From Eledone cirrhosa (Eukaryota): a stretch of 64,000 nucleotides of DNA. How positions within the stretch are numbered: position 1 is the stretch's first letter; every line of letters starts with the position of its first letter. A program made the position numbers and the translations under genes. Of the stretch, positions 25,463-39,932 are shown piece by piece. The notes under the pieces are model-generated. The model was not told where the DNA came from, made no database searches, and saw only the letters and a list, made by a program, of their open reading frames with translations. Location of the stretch: NCBI GenBank assembly GCA_964016885.1, contig OZ024744.1, forward strand, positions 59,830,001 through 59,894,000. Reading direction: 5' to 3'.

Positions 25463-28400
25463 GGCCTAATCGGACGTCTTTTGCTCGTTCCCAGCTTTAT
25501 TTTGCCTGTTATAATTATTTCTTGTTGTGTAAGGGATATAAGCCCTTAGACTTTGTCCTGTGAAGGGGAAAGTATAATATTTGGGCCCAGCAATATGTCC
25601 GCTGTCGTGTGACAACGGCGCAAAAGTTGAGAGGAGAGTTATTCATACAACAAACACCACCACAAATAACGTAAACAAAGACAACAACACTGAGAACACT
25701 AATTTTGAAAACATTACCACACCATCTACAACAATAACAACGACAACCAAAATACAGACAACAGAAAAAAATGACAACAAATGCGACGGCGATATTAACA
25801 CCAATAACAAGAAAATAAACAACGACAACACCAACAGCAACAATACAAATTTCACCGAAAACAAGAACAACGGTGGCACCAAAAACACAACCAACTACAA
25901 CAGTGATAACAGCAACAACACCAACAACACCGTTTGTAGCAGTAGCAACAGCACCAATAGCAAGACCAGTAACAGCCGTAGCGGCAGCAATAATGGTGCC
26001 GCTGAAAAAGGGGCCACTTCTTTCGCAGGTGTGGACCGAAATATAGAGACAGTGTTAGTCACGGAGAAGGAGATGGCAGTCGCAAGAGCCATGGTGACAA
26101 GAAACGAAAATAGAGTCTCCCTGAAACCTCCACCCGATTTCTTCAAAGGCCAGCAGCTGCGCACGGTGACTTACCGCACCGTAAGCAAAATGTCACATCG
26201 GGTGGAGAGAGCCACTGAGGCTCAAATCCAAAAGGCCTTGGGGGGCGTCTGGGCACGCAAAACCCACATCACCCGAGGCAAAAAGTACGCCACAGTAGAC
26301 GTACTTTTCGCCACCCCCCAACAGGCGAAGTCTCACTCTTCAGAAACCCTAAGAGTGAGGGGATAGTCTTGGTGCCCTCCTACTTCGGACAGAAAATTGT
26401 GAGGGTCAAAGTGACCCAGGTCCCGCACGACGTGCCCATACCTTGGCTGGCCGCGTCTGTACTGGCTGGAATCGAGGAGAAGACCACCATACTTCAAATA
26501 CAGAGAATGAGAAGAGAGAACTGGTCAGGAATAGGCATGCAAATGCTAATACGTACTGACCAGGAATACCTCGAGGCCATCCCAGACATCATGGACCTCG
26601 AAAAAGGGCTCCAGCTCCCTATAAGCGTGGAAGGAAGGCGCCAAAGTGCTATCTCTGTGGGCAGAAGTGTCACCTCAGGCCCTTCTGCCCCCAGAAGACA
26701 GCCGAGAAGAGCCCCCCCCCTACTTCCGACGCCTGATCCGCTACTACCAAGAGCAGGGCAGGCAACAGAGGCAGAAGACCCTTCCATGGTGAGTAGGATG
26801 ACAACGTCCGTGGCACCCATACCAAGGCCACGGACATCTAAAACAGCGGCAACAGTGGCGGCAACACCAACAGTCGTAGTAGCTACATCGGTGGCAAAAT
26901 CGCCGGAGCGGGTTCCACTTCCACCACCAACAGCAGTGGAGCTCATACCCCTCCCTGGCGTCACGAAATCTGACATGGAGTATGAGGCGGGAAGGAAGTG
27001 ACAAACGGTCTGCCACAAAAGACAAAAGAGGAAAAAGCCCTTAGCTTCACCCTCCAAAAGTGAAGGCAGACAAAGAGGGGTAAAGGCTGCAAGGAGACTA
27101 GCAGCAACACCACCACCATCACCACCACAAGCACCACCGCCAACAAAATCCACACCGCCACCAGCATCACCAAAAACACCAACATCGCAAACACAGCAAT
27201 ACAGACATATCCAACAGCAACAAGAAAACAGCAACAAAATCACCCCTACCCCCAAAAAGTACACAACCATAACCATAGCAAATAAAGAACTCATACAATA
27301 TATAAAGCAGCACACAGACATCACAGAAAAAACTACTACACCCCATCAACATAAAGAACTCTCCCGACAAACATAAGCATCATTGAAATCAAAATAGAAC
27401 AGTACAAACTTTTAAAACAAAAATTCCCCAACACAGTTGGAGACTTCAGAAGATCGGTTACCAAGAGGATATACACTGACATCCTCTTGGAAACACCCAT
27501 GACCAGCCAAAGGGACGGTTCTACTGTCCCTTCACCACACGATCACGGTAAGTGATCCTTTCTCACTTGCTCCGTTTCTCATCCAACATGGCCGTACTTA
27601 GAATAGGCAGTATAAATGTACGTGGCCTGGGGTTATCTTGGAAGCAGGGTCACCTGCTCAACGACCTCAGGTCACTAAACATAGATGTGGTGGCCATCAG
27701 CGAGACTAGAATCTTCGAAGCACGAGTCTTCGCACCGATCTTCGGCGGCTACGATGTATACGCATCTCCCAGCCGTCCAGGATCGGGGGGAGGGGTGGCA
27801 GTGCTTATTCGGCGAGGCTTGGATCTCGCCATACGGGCCATCTTCCTGGACCCAGAAGGTAAGTCGGTGTTGCTGGACGTGACCGGCAGAGAAGGCAATG
27901 TTTTCAGGCCAGATTTCTTCAGACGTCTAGAGACCTTTCTTGGAACGTCCCGCTCTTTAGTGTTAGTGGGCGACTGGAACGGTATCTTAGATGCATGCTG
28001 GGATTACGTGGGGCTAGTAGACAGGACAGGAGGGTGTAAAAGCCTTAACAACCTGCTCAGACGTTTTGAACTGTCTGACAGGTATCGACTGGATTATCCG
28101 AATGTGCCAATGTGGACATGGGCAAACCGCATCGGGTCATCTAGATCGTATTTAGATAGGGTATTCTGTAGGGAAACAGATAAGGCTAGTGTAGGTTGTC
28201 CACTTTTTAAAGTAGTCGACTACACGCACCACAAATTTGTGATCTGTGAAGTTGACTTAGATAGACTCCATAGGCAAGGGCCTGGCTACTGGAAGCTGAA
28301 CGCATCGTTCCCGGCGCGCAAAGCTTACAGAGACCGGATTAGCGAATTAGTTAAGCATGCATTGACGGGTGCGATCGTCAACAACAGGTGGTGGTTTACC

Positions 28401-31120
28401 CTGAAAAGGGCTATTAGAGTAGAATCGATAAGATTTAGCAAAGGAGTAGTGATAGAGGAAAATAGAGTAGAGGGAGAGCTAGTTAGAAAACTAGAAGAGG
28501 CGCTTAGGACAGACATCGCAACCGACGTGCTTGCGGCGAGATTGGCACTCGACCAACTCTCCAACGCAAAGCATGAAGGATGCGTTGTCAGAGCTAGAGC
28601 GCGTGTTCTGAGACACGAGGGGACAAAGCCGTTTAATGGGCCCGGGTGGTGGAGGTGCGACGTGGAAACAAATCCACAACGCGGTCTGTGTCTGATCAAA
28701 ACAGACGCATATTGCTCGAACCCGAGCAGATGTGTGCTGCTTTTCAACAGCACTTTGCTCAATTGTTCAGGAGCGGCGCGGGTCTGATCGGAGTATGGAC
28801 TTCGATGCATACCTCGACGAACTACCGGGGCTTTCGACGACCGCAGCGCAGTGCTGCGAAAAGCCGATAACAGCAGGTGAAATACGGGAAGCGATGGCTA
28901 ACTGCACAAGGGGTAAATCGCCAGGTTTGGATGGTCTGCCCTACGAGCTTTATGCGTATATACCAGACTTTTTCGGCGACCTCTTGGCAGATGTCTACTG
29001 CAACTGGCAGCAGAACGGGAGCATTCCCAGTTTTGTGAGCCGGGGACAAGTGGCGCTGCTGAGAAAAGACCCGAACAAGGAAGGCGTTATAGACAACTTC
29101 AGGACTATAACTCTGCCCAAACGCAGTGTTTAAGATTTTGGCCAAGGTGTTAGCAAAGAGATTGGCGCTTATCGTCGGTGATCTGATTGGAGAGGCGCAG
29201 ATATGCGCCATTCTGGACAGAGCCATCCACAACAACCTCCAGCTCATGCGATACATCATAGAGAGGATGGTTAAGGAACCTGGCACGGGTGGGGCCCTGA
29301 TCAGCTTGGATCAATCTAAAGCATTTTATAGGGTCGACCATCCGTACTTGGCTGCGGTCTTCGAGGCGGCCGGCTTCGGCCCCGTTTTTAGGGGCTGGTT
29401 CGCTGCGATGCACAGCGACATCTGCTCAATTGTGAGGGTGAATGGTCACTTGTCGCAACCTTTCAGCATCATGTGCTCGGTCCGCCAGGGTTGCCCCTCT
29501 GTCCCTCTTGTACGTACTGGCCCTTGGGCCGTTACTGCACAGATTGGAGACGATGAGGGGGGTCCCGATGACATCACCATGGTGGAGTCGAGCACCAAAC
29601 ACGTCCAGATGTTCGGCACCGCTCTCAAGGAATACGAAGCAGTGACAGGAGCAAAGATAAACCAGGAAAAGTCGGTGGGCTTGCAATTCGTCACCTGGAG
29701 AGGCAAGTCCATGCCGTCCGACAGCGTCGTGAGGCGCTGGACGGAGGGACCGGTTAAATTGCTCGGGGTCTGGTTCGGTCCGGACCTCCAGATGGAGAAA
29801 AACTGGAGCGAGGTGACAAGCAGGGTGGCCTCCCTCACCCAGAAATGGGCCGAGAGGAAGCTGTCTCTGAAAAGTCGGGCGGAGGTGGCGAATGCGTACA
29901 TAGCGTCCGTCATCTGCTACCGCCTGACCCTCGTACCTTGCCCCCGCCCAACTCTGCTTTTTGTGGAAGGGACGTGCTTCCATGGTCAGACGCTCCATTT
30001 GCTGTCAACACCCGTTGTGTAGAGGACTAAGCATGCCGTGGCTGATGATGCTCAAACACGCGCTGAGGCTGCGACATCTCTGGTGCTTGCTTGACGGTGA
30101 ACAGTTGTGGTCGCCGTTTGTCTGACGCTCTTTTCCCCAGCTCGTCTCCTTGACTGAGCTACAGTCCTGGATCAGGAAAAGACCAAGGGATAGCGCTTGG
30201 AAGCTGGAATGTCTCCAAGCGCTCACTGCCCTCTACCAGCTGGGCACTAGTATCGGTGGAACATCCACCTCGGCGTTCTATAGAGGGCTAGTGGAGGGAA
30301 AGAGTTCTCGGGAGACCTTAAGCGTCGAAGACGATCAGCTGTTCGCTCTCTTCAAGAGAACTTTCAAACCGGGGCCTATGGACAACTTCCAGAAATCCCT
30401 AGCCTGGCAGTACTTTCGGGGAGCGTTGCCGGTTCGGGATCAGCTCTACAGGCACAGAGGTGCTGTCAGCCGAGGCTGTCCGAGATGCGCGCAGGGCGAC
30501 GAAACCGTCCTGCACGAACTCGTTCAGTGCCCGAGGATTGCTGACTTGTGGAGCTATGTCGAACAGTTGGTGTCGCGTGTAGGACGGATCCGGTTATCGA
30601 CTGAGTCCATTGTGCAGATAGCCCCGCCAGCCTCCTTTAAAGAGGAGGAAGGGTATGCAGTTTTCATCTGCCTGGTGGTCATGGCGAAAGAGATTGTGTG
30701 GTGGACAAGATTGAAAGGGTTGAAGACGGATACTTTCTTCTCCGTCCAATCCCTGATTAACTTTTTCAAGTTTCACTTGAAGAGGAAAATCAGGGTGGAG
30801 GGGCAGGCGCTGTCTTCTAGCAAGTTTGTTGAAAGGTGGGTGAAAGTGACGAGTCTGGTCTGAATGAACGGCCCAGCTTTGAGTATGTGCCTGTAGACTG
30901 AGAAGTGGGTAAAGTGAGAGAGGGCGCTTGCCCTGGTGGTCAGGGTGGCCGTGGTCTTTTTGTGTGGTTTTCGCCACGAATGACCCTCGGAGGTTTTCCC
31001 CGTTTGGGGGAATGTTTGTTATAACCTGTTTACACGACCAAACCCCACTTTGTATCGTCCTGTACTATTCTGTACCTTGTGGCCAATAAAGAAACCATTA
31101 TTATTATTATTATTATTATT
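25463..31120 (+). mobile_element. Full-length Tx1 LINE, copy 2 (different subfamily), head-to-tail with copy 1
   Basis: Starts right after the copy 1 (ATT)n tail; ORF1 ~25594-27555 (CYLCGQKCHLRPFCP), ORF2 27588-30896, AATAAA and (ATT)n tail. Confidence 0.93.
27588..30896 (+). pseudogene. Tx1 ORF2 APE-RT, disrupted
   Basis: SINVRGL, GDWNG, GYWKLN, KSPGLDGLPYE, LDQSKAF, VRQGCP, C-terminal CPRC..ETVLH..C. Confidence 0.9.
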
Positions 31121-31486
31121 GTTCTTTGAGTCTCAGTCATTGATGTTAGTTAAATGGAAAGTTTGTTGAAATGAATATCAAGCCACTACCTGCAGCCCCA
31201 GATATTCAGGACGTATCGGAGGTTTTTGCTGTTCCCAGCAAGAATGCCTTTTGAAGTGTTCCAAAAAGCGGGGTGGGGCCAATTTTCTTTAACCATCCCT
31301 GGAAACTCTTTGAGATAGTACCTAGTGCGCCTATGACAATCATGGCAGTTCCAAATCCTTTTTACCTCCCACATTAAGTCCTAGTATCGGTTAATTTTCT
31401 CCCTCTCCTTCTCTTGCACTCTCGTATCGAATGGGCAGGCCACATCCACAATCAGGCATGATCTTTTTTCCTTGTCCAAAACCACA
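31121..31486 (-). mobile_element. Short 3' fragment of an RLE-type LINE (R4/HERO-like)
   Basis: VLDKEKRSCLIVDVACPFDTRVQEKEREKINRY*DLMWEVKRIWNC; 3' end abuts the (TAA)n tract shared with Tx1 copy 2. Confidence 0.75.
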
Positions 31487-34400
31487 TTATTATTATTAAT
31501 ATTATTACAGCTGCATTTATCTTGCTTTATGTTTATACGAGTTATCACCAAGTCACAACCAGTGACCTCAAGAGACAACAAGGTCCGCCATGTTCAAGAA
31601 AGAACATACATACACACACATGCATCTTTAGGTGTTTAGACTTGTGATGTACTTATATTGACAGAATCTTCCTTAGTATATGGGCAGTTCCCATTAGTAC
31701 TATCTTTTGTATTTCTCCTATACGCGGGTTTCCTGGGATTTGCGATAAGTAATCATTAGACCCATTAGGTATCATTCCTAGAGCGCCTACAACCACTGGT
31801 ATTGTTTTAGTTCTCAATTTCCACATTTTTCCGATTTCTATCTCCAGGTCCTTATACTTGCTCAATTTTTCAAATGTTTTTATAGATACATTCTTGTCTA
31901 TTGGGACGGACATATCAATTAGCAGGCATACCCTCTTTTTAAAGTCCTTTAGTATTATATCAGGTCTATTTGCATCTATTTTTCGGTCTTTTTGGATGCT
32001 AAAGTTCCACAAGATTGAGATGTGATCTTTTTGAAGTATCGGAGGTGGTTGATGCTCCCACCAATTCTTTTGATGGGGCAGGTCAAAATGCTTACACATT
32101 ATCCAATGTATGTATTGTGCAGCTCTTTCATGCCTGTTTAGGTATTCGGTTGGAGCTATATGATTGCACATTGAAATTATATGGTCAATGGTCTCTGGTT
32201 GTTTTTTGCATGCACGGCATAATGGGCTGCATCCATTTTTTATTATGTTGGCTTGGTAATTTTTTGTTGGCAGACACTGATCTTGTGCTGATATAATCAG
32301 TCCTTCAGTCTTCGATTTCAGTCCAGAGGATGCCAACCACTGATGGGTTAAAGTTTTGTCAACATCAGGATTGTTAGCTCTTTCTGGGTATTTTCCATAC
32401 AGAGGCTTTTCTTGCCATTTCTTAGCCAGTTTCTGTAGCAGTTCTTTCTTTGCAGTTACTTTTACCTGCTTTGCTTTTTCTGTGTTTTCCATTTCAGCAG
32501 TAAATGGGACTTCTGAAATTTGTAGTCCATTACTGTATCTTTGTGCATCTTTTGTAATGGAGTATGATTTTTTGATGCTTTCGTGTTTCAAAATGAGTTT
32601 GATCATCCAATCATGTGATTCCCTTAGATATGTAGATAATCCAATTGTTGCAGTTTTCAACGCAATGTCTAACTGGATTAACCCACGTCCTCCTTCTTTC
32701 CTAGGGAGATATATTCTATCTATATCTGCCTTAGGGTGAAGCATTCTGTGCATGGTTAAGAATTTTCGAATTTTTGTATCAAGCCTACGGATCTCTGTGC
32801 TTGACCAGTTGATGACATTGTACTGGCAAGCGTGTTTATGGCATCGATCCTATTCCTTGCATTCAATTCCGTTCTTAAGATAGCTCTTACTCTGCGGTAA
32901 AATTCCTTCCTTATCCTTTCCCTCGTTGTCGAGTGCTTGATTCTGTCTCCTTCACAAACACCTAGATATTTATAAGTTTCCTCTTGATCAAGTTCTCTTA
33001 TTACATTTCCCTGATCAAGATTAATGTCTGAACTTTTCAGCAGCTTTCCTCTGGTGAACGTTGCTTTGGCGCATTTATCTAGTCCAAACTCTATTTTAAT
33101 GTCATCACTGAACTGCTCCACAGTGGATAATAGCCCTTGCAATTGTTCATCATTTTTTGCAATTAGTTTCAGGTCATACATGTAGAACAAGTGATTAATG
33201 GTTTTGTCATAGACTTTATATTCATGTTTTGTTTCATTGAGCATTTTACTTAATGGTATAAGTGCGATGCAGAGTAAAAGCGGTGATAAAGAGTCACCCT
33301 GAAACATTCCACAATTAATATTAACTTCTCCAGCTTCCAGTGATTTTGTTTCACTATTCAAAAGGAGTGTCGTTTTCTATGTCTTCATACTGAATGACAA
33401 AAACCTACTGACAACGGGAGATATTTTGAAAATCTCTAAACATTTTTCAATCCAACTGTGTGGCAAACTATCGAATGCTTTTTTATAATCTATCCAAGCA
33501 ATTGATAGATTTTTGTGTCTATTATGACAATCTTCCAGTATCATTTTGTTAACCAAAAGCTGATCCTTACAGCCATATGAGCCTCGTTTACACCCTTTCT
33601 GCTCAATGGGAAATAGGTCATTTGTTATCAGGTGGTCATATGTATATTCAGTTAGGACTGATGTTAAAATTTTATACATTGTGGTCAAGCAAGTTATCGG
33701 TCTGTAATTTTGGGGATTGTTTGTCTCATCATTCTTCGGAAGCAGGAATGTAATGCCGTTAACTAGCCACGATGGTATCTTTTCTGGCTCCTTAACTATT
33801 TCATTGTAAAGTTGGGCTAACAGCTCATGAGACTCTGTGAAGACATTTATCCAAAAATTTTGTATTTTGTATTTTACTGGGGATTTCATTTGTCTGTCTA
33901 TCCATGGGGCATGTATATTATGAACTTTTTCTTCGGCCCAGATCTTTTCCCAGAATTCTTGCACTTCCTCCTTGGGTGGTATTGATTTAGCAGTTATTGT
34001 TGACTTACCAATTTTTCTGTAGAAGTTTCTTTGGTTGTTTTTTAACATATTATTGTCCTTATAGAATCTAGATCGTTTTTCAAAGCGCCTTATACGAGCA
34101 GCTTTGGCCGACACTTTTTGCTTGATTATTTCTATCAGCATGTCTATGACACTTGTTGATTTTATACTGTACTTTCTTTTCAATTTTCTAAGTTTAGTTT
34201 GTTTAACATGTTCACCTACTTTATAGTTTGTTAAAATTTCTATGTCAGATCGGAGAAGGTTTATTTGGCGATTGATGTTCTCTTGCCAAGTAGATTTCTT
34301 GTGGTAATTCCTTTGTTTTTTCATTTTCACTCCACATAAGTGAGTGGTGACTTTAGCCGATGCATAATAGAGATGATTTAAATCAGTAATGTTTAGTTTG

Positions 34401-35340
34401 TTTGTGATGATAATGTTTTTGAGAATTATGTTAGTCTTGTATATTATCTTTTAGTTCTGTTTGGAGTTCTGGATCTTAGGGAGGGTGTCTCGTTCCCCCA
34501 TGTCAGATTCTTTCGTTTTCATCCATTCGATCATAATTTCATCCTTCAAGTTGGCAAGTTCATTCTCATTCATTTCTTTATCATTTACGATCTCATTGTT
34601 TTCATTTTGGAGTTTCATCTTGAGCATGCACTCCCTCCACTTTTTCGATCCTTTCTTTAATTTGTTCTGTTGTCAGTGATTCCGCCCCAACCCTGGGATT
34701 CGAAGTGTTACAATTTACCTCGTTTTCACTGACGCATGTTTCATTTTCCCTTCGCTGACTTTGTGCTAATAGCTTGATCTGATCATTTTTTACAATATTT
34801 CTTCGTATATTGGCTAGTTTGTTACTGTCAATATAGCCTCTGTTTTCGGGATGTTTCTTTTTCCAGTTGATATATGTCTGTTCTGTATTCGATGTATTTG
34901 ATGGGTAGTACATGGCAGTGTAGAAAGCCTCAAGGACTTCTTTATTATCTTCCCTTGACCATTTTTCTCTCTTTTTCTTTGGATTTCTTGGTGGTGAGCA
35001 TGGAGGGCGAACAGTAGGAGTATTCCGGTTATGGGAGGTCTCCAGCTCCGAAGTGATGGGAAGGTTTGAACCATTAGCTGATTTTTCGACCCCAGTCTGG
35101 TTCCTCTCTGAGGGACGCGGCCCTTTTTGACCCGGGTGACGGCCGATCCGGTATGAGATTTTATCATTTGACATTTACTTTATTTTGTCGCGTTTTATCC
35201 TTATCCGCCAAGGGGTAATCATTTCGTGTTACCACTTCTAGGACGAGTGTCAACCAAGACTAGAGGGGTCGTCTTCCCCTAGAGACACGGCTATTCCCCG
35301 CCGGCCGCCATCCCGGTATTTCTTGGTCACGGGGTTTTCT
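31487..35340 (-). mobile_element. Near full-length Dong/R4-like LINE (RT plus RLE), inactivated
   Basis: NYRPITCL, WIDYKKAFDS, FQGDSLSPLL, YMYD (from YMDD), CRAC..ETIDHIISMC, RPDI, VVGALG; (TAA)n tail; ORF pieces 31653-35174. Confidence 0.92.
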
Positions 35341-35699
35341 TTTTTGTTGTTTTTTTAAATTGTTATTATCATGAGTGGTTCCTTAATGTGAGCATTGCGT
35401 GGATTAAGAATGAAATTATTAATAATATAATATACTTTTTGCTGAAGTTGCCTGTTATTGTTGTTGGCTATGTCGGTAGTGGTGCTGGGGCTTTTTCTAT
35501 TGATTGTGGGGAAGGGGGGAGCCAGCAGTGCCATAGTTGTTGACGTTTGGCCGGTGGCCGGGTCACTAAGTCAATCTATTTATATCCTTGTCTAGTGATA
35601 CCGCCACCTTCCCCTTTCTTAAGTTAACAGAAGGTTATGGGGGAATAGTGGTGGTAGCAATGAAGGAGTGGTGGCGGCGGTGATGGGATAGTGGTAGAA

Positions 35700-35700
<1 letters not shown>

Positions 35701-35734
<34 letters not shown>

Positions 35735-36960
35735 AGTTGCATTTATCTTGCTTTATGTTCATACGAGTTATCACCAAGTCACAACCAGTGACCTCAAGAG
35801 ACAACAAGGTCCGCCATGTTCAAGAAAGAACATACATACTCACACATGCATCTTTAGTGTTTAGACTTGTGATGTACTTATATTGACAGAATCTTCCTTA
35901 GTATATGGGCAGTTCCCATTAGTACTATCTTTTGTATTTCTCCTATATGCGGGTTTCCTGGGATTTGCGATAAGTAATCATTAGACGCCTTAGGTATCAT
36001 TCCCAGAGCGCCTACAACCACTGGTATTGTTTTAGTTCTCAATTTCCACATTTTTCCAATTTCTATCTCCAGGTCCTTATACTTGCTCAATTTTTCAAAT
36101 GTTTTTATAGATACATTCTTGTCTATTGGAACAGACATATCAATTAGCAGGCATACCCTCTTTTTAAAGTCCTTCAATATTATATCAGGTCTATTTGCAT
36201 CTATTTTTCGGTCTGTTTGGATGCTAAAGTTCCACAAGATTGAGATGTGATCTTTTTCAAGTATGGGAGGTGGTTGATGCTCCCACCAATTCTTTTGATG
36301 GGGCAGGTCAAAATGCTTACACATTATCCAATGTATGTATTGTGCAGCTCTGTCATGCCTGTTCAGGTATTCGGTTGGAGCTATAGGACTGCACATTGAA
36401 ATTATATGGTCAATGGTCTCTGGTTGTTTTTTGCATACACGGCATAATGGGCTGCATCCATTTTTTATTATGTTGGCTTGGTAATTTTTTGTTGGCAGAC
36501 ACTGATCTTGTGCTGATATAATCAGTCCTTCAGTCTCCGATTTCAGTCCAGAGGATGCCAACCACTGATGGGTTAAAGTTTTGTCAACATCAGGATTGTT
36601 AGCTCGTTCTGGGTATTTTCCATACAGAGGCTTTTCTTGCCATTTCTTAGCCAGTTTCTGTAGCAGTTCTTTCTTTGCAGTTACTTTTACCTGCTTTGCT
36701 TTTTCTGTGTTTTCCATTTCAGCAGTAAATGGGACTTCTGAAATTTGTAGTCCATTACTGTATCTTCGTGCACCTTTTGTAATGGAATATGATCTTTTGA
36801 TGCTTTCGTGTTTCAAAACGAGTTTGATCATCCAATCATGTGATTCCCTTAGATATGTAGATAATCCAATTGTTGCAGTTTTCAACGCAATGTCTAACTG
36901 GATTAACCCACGTCCTCCTTCTTTCCTAGGGAGATATATTCTATCTATATCTGCCTTAGG
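35701..36960 (-). mobile_element. 5'-truncated second Dong/R4-like copy
   Basis: Near-identical to 31500-32735; intact CCHC and RLE in ORF 35878-36972; (TAA)n tail. Confidence 0.92.
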
Positions 36961-39931
36961 ACGAGACAACAATCGAACTAATCACTGAGGGAAGAAGACC
37001 GCACTGCTTCGTCTGCGGGGAAGCAACGCATCTTGAAGCCTTCTGCCCTCAGTGCAAAAATGCAGGATGTCGCAAACCTCCTTTGTTGCCAACGCCAGTG
37101 TCAGCACGGAAAGCTGCACCACCAAAAACAACACCAACAAAGACACGGACACCAATATCAAAAACAGCCGGACCACCACGAACACCGAAACCAATCAAAG
37201 GGGAAAACGAGGAAAGCTCTCCCACTCCCCTACCCACCAATTATACACATAGACAAAACAATAAACGCACACACAGACACAGAGACACTCACAGCCACAG
37301 ACCCTTTGTCTTCCAGCAGCGAAGAGGAAGGAAAACCCAAAAGTGCAAAAAAACAGAGAAAACTCACAAAAAAAAAGCCCCAACAAAACACAAAAACATA
37401 CACAAGAAGAAATACAGATACCATTAACGCAACACTTCCCCAATAACATCAGCACCAACAGCAACATCGACCCCCCCCCCCCCCACAATCCCCGAAACGC
37501 AAACAACCTAAACAAACACAAGTACAAATAAACACACAAATACCTGAAATTGCAGACACCACACCTACAATAAACACAGACATCACCCAAACCATCACCA
37601 CCTCAGTCACCAAAACGAAAACAACACCAACAAAATGTTAAAAACTTCGTGCTTGTCAGAAGGGCCAACGATAAATTGATGGCCCTCTTAGCACGAAGCG
37701 AGGACATCCAAACAGAGGGGGAGATCTTTGAAATGAGCACATTTTGCGTGCCAGAAGATTTGCTTCTGGTCCGAATGTCACTCGATTCCTTCAAAGAAAT
37801 TCGGGAGACCTTTTCTCAAGACGTGGGAACCCCGAATGTGAAACCTACATCGAGACTTTTAAAGGGGTTCCCAAAAGAAACACCACCAACCATGGAGGTC
37901 GAGCCACCCGACCTTCACAAGACCCCGGGAGGTAAGTAAACTTTCCCTCTCTCTTTTAGCTTGCCAACATGGCCATATTAAGAGCAGGAAGTTTAAATGT
38001 TCGCGGCCTGGAGTCACCCTGGAAGCAGGGTCGCCTGCTCAACGACCCCATTTTCGACGACTATCAGATCTTAGCATCTGTTAGCAGGCCGGGAATGGGA
38101 GGTGGGGTGGCAGTGCTGTTTAGGAAAACTGAATCTCGAGGTAAGGTCGATCTTTCGGGACCCGGACGGTAAGTTGGTGGTCTTGGATGTGAGCAGTAGC
38201 GAAGGTGGTGCCTTTAGACTGCTGGCCGCCTACGCCACTACAGGGGCCAGACGACCGGACTTCTTTAGGCGTCTGGAGACCTTTCTCGGTACATCTCGCC
38301 CTTTACTGTTAGCGGGGGACTGGAATTGCATCTTAGACGCACGCTGGGATTGTGTGGGAGTAGCTGATAGGAGCGGGGGTGGGGGTGGGTGCAAAAGCCT
38401 CAAGCACCTACTCAGCCAGTTCCAACTGTCTGACAGGTATCGACTAGATTTTCCCAATGCGCCAGTATGGACATGGACTAAACGCATGGGGTCATCTAGA
38501 TCGTATATAGACAGGATCTTCACCAGGAAAATAGATAGAAATAGTGTAGCTGCCCACTTTTTAGAACGGTCGCCTATTCAGATCACAAATTTGTGATCTG
38601 TATGGTCGACCCAGATAAAACGCGTAGGTTAGGATCGGGTTACTGGAAGCTGAACATGTCATTTCCGGCACGTAAGGCTTACAGGGACTGAGTCAACAAT
38701 TTAGTTAAGCAAAAGTTGACAGGGGGGATCATCAACAACAGATGGTGGGGGGGGGGGGGGGGCTCTCAAAAGAGAGATTAGAGTAACTTCGATAGAGTTC
38801 AGCAAAGAACTAGCGTTAGAGAAAAATAGAAAGGAGGGGAGCTGATATATAAGTTAGACGAGGCTATTTGTAGTGGCATTGCAACTGACGTGCTAGCGGC
38901 GAGAATGGCATTAGATCATTTCTTCAATGCGAAACACGAAGGTTGCATTGTCAGAGCTAAGGCGCGTGCTCTAAGAAACGAGAGAACCAAAGCTGTTCGA
39001 TGGGCCCGCGTGGCGGAGGCGCAGCGTGGTAATAAAACCACAATTCGGTCTTTGGCGGACCGAGACAGACACGAGATAAGCGATTCCAAGCGGACGTGTG
39101 AGGTCTTTCGCCAGCACTTTGCTCGGTTGTTCGGGGAGAGTGGCGAGTCAGAGAGAGTAGCGGATTTCAGTCTCTACTTTGACGGCTTGCCGTGCATTTC
39201 GACGGTCGACGCTGAGCGCTGCGAAAGGCCGATTACTTCAGCCGAAATTCAGTACGCCCTTGTCGGCTTCATGAGGCGCAAGTCACCCGGTTTGGATGGC
39301 TTGCCCTACGAGCTTTACGTAAATATGCCAGACTTGTTCTCCAATCTCCTCGAAGCACTCTACTGCAACTGGCAGCAGAATGGGAGTATTCCCAGTTCTG
39401 TGAGCAGGGGAGTGGTGACGCTGATAAGGAAAGACGAGGAATACTTCAGGCCCATAACTTTGCTCAACACAGAGTTTAAGGTTTTGGCCAAGGTGTTAGC
39501 AAAGAAATTGGCGTTGTCGTCGAGGATTTGGTTGGGGAGGCGCAAACTTGCACAATACCATCCAGGTCCATACACGACAATCTCCACCTCATGCGATACA
39601 TCATAGAGAGGGTAGGGTGTAAACCTGGCTTCGGTGGGGCACTGATCAATTTAGATCAATCGAAAGCATTCGATAGGGTCGACCATCGGTATCTGGAGTT
39701 TGTCCTAAAAGCGGCTGGCTTCGGCCTTGTCTTCAGAAGCTGGATCGCTGCAATGCACAGCGGCACACGCTCGGTGGTCAAGGTTAATGGCCATCCTTCG
39801 GAACCATTTCGGCTCTCTCGATCGGTCCGTCAAGGGTGCCCTCTCTCTTTCCTTCTGTACGTATTGACTCTCGAGCCTTTACTGCAGAAGCTGGAGCTGT
39901 TTCAGGGCATCCCGCTCGAACCGGGATGTGA
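36961..39931 (+). mobile_element. Tx1 LINE copy 3, truncated at both ends (subfamily of copy 1)
   Basis: ORF1 knuckle CFVCGEATHLEAFCP; ORF2 from 37969 through LDQSKAFDRV and RQGCPLS. Confidence 0.9.
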
Positions 39932-39932
39932 A

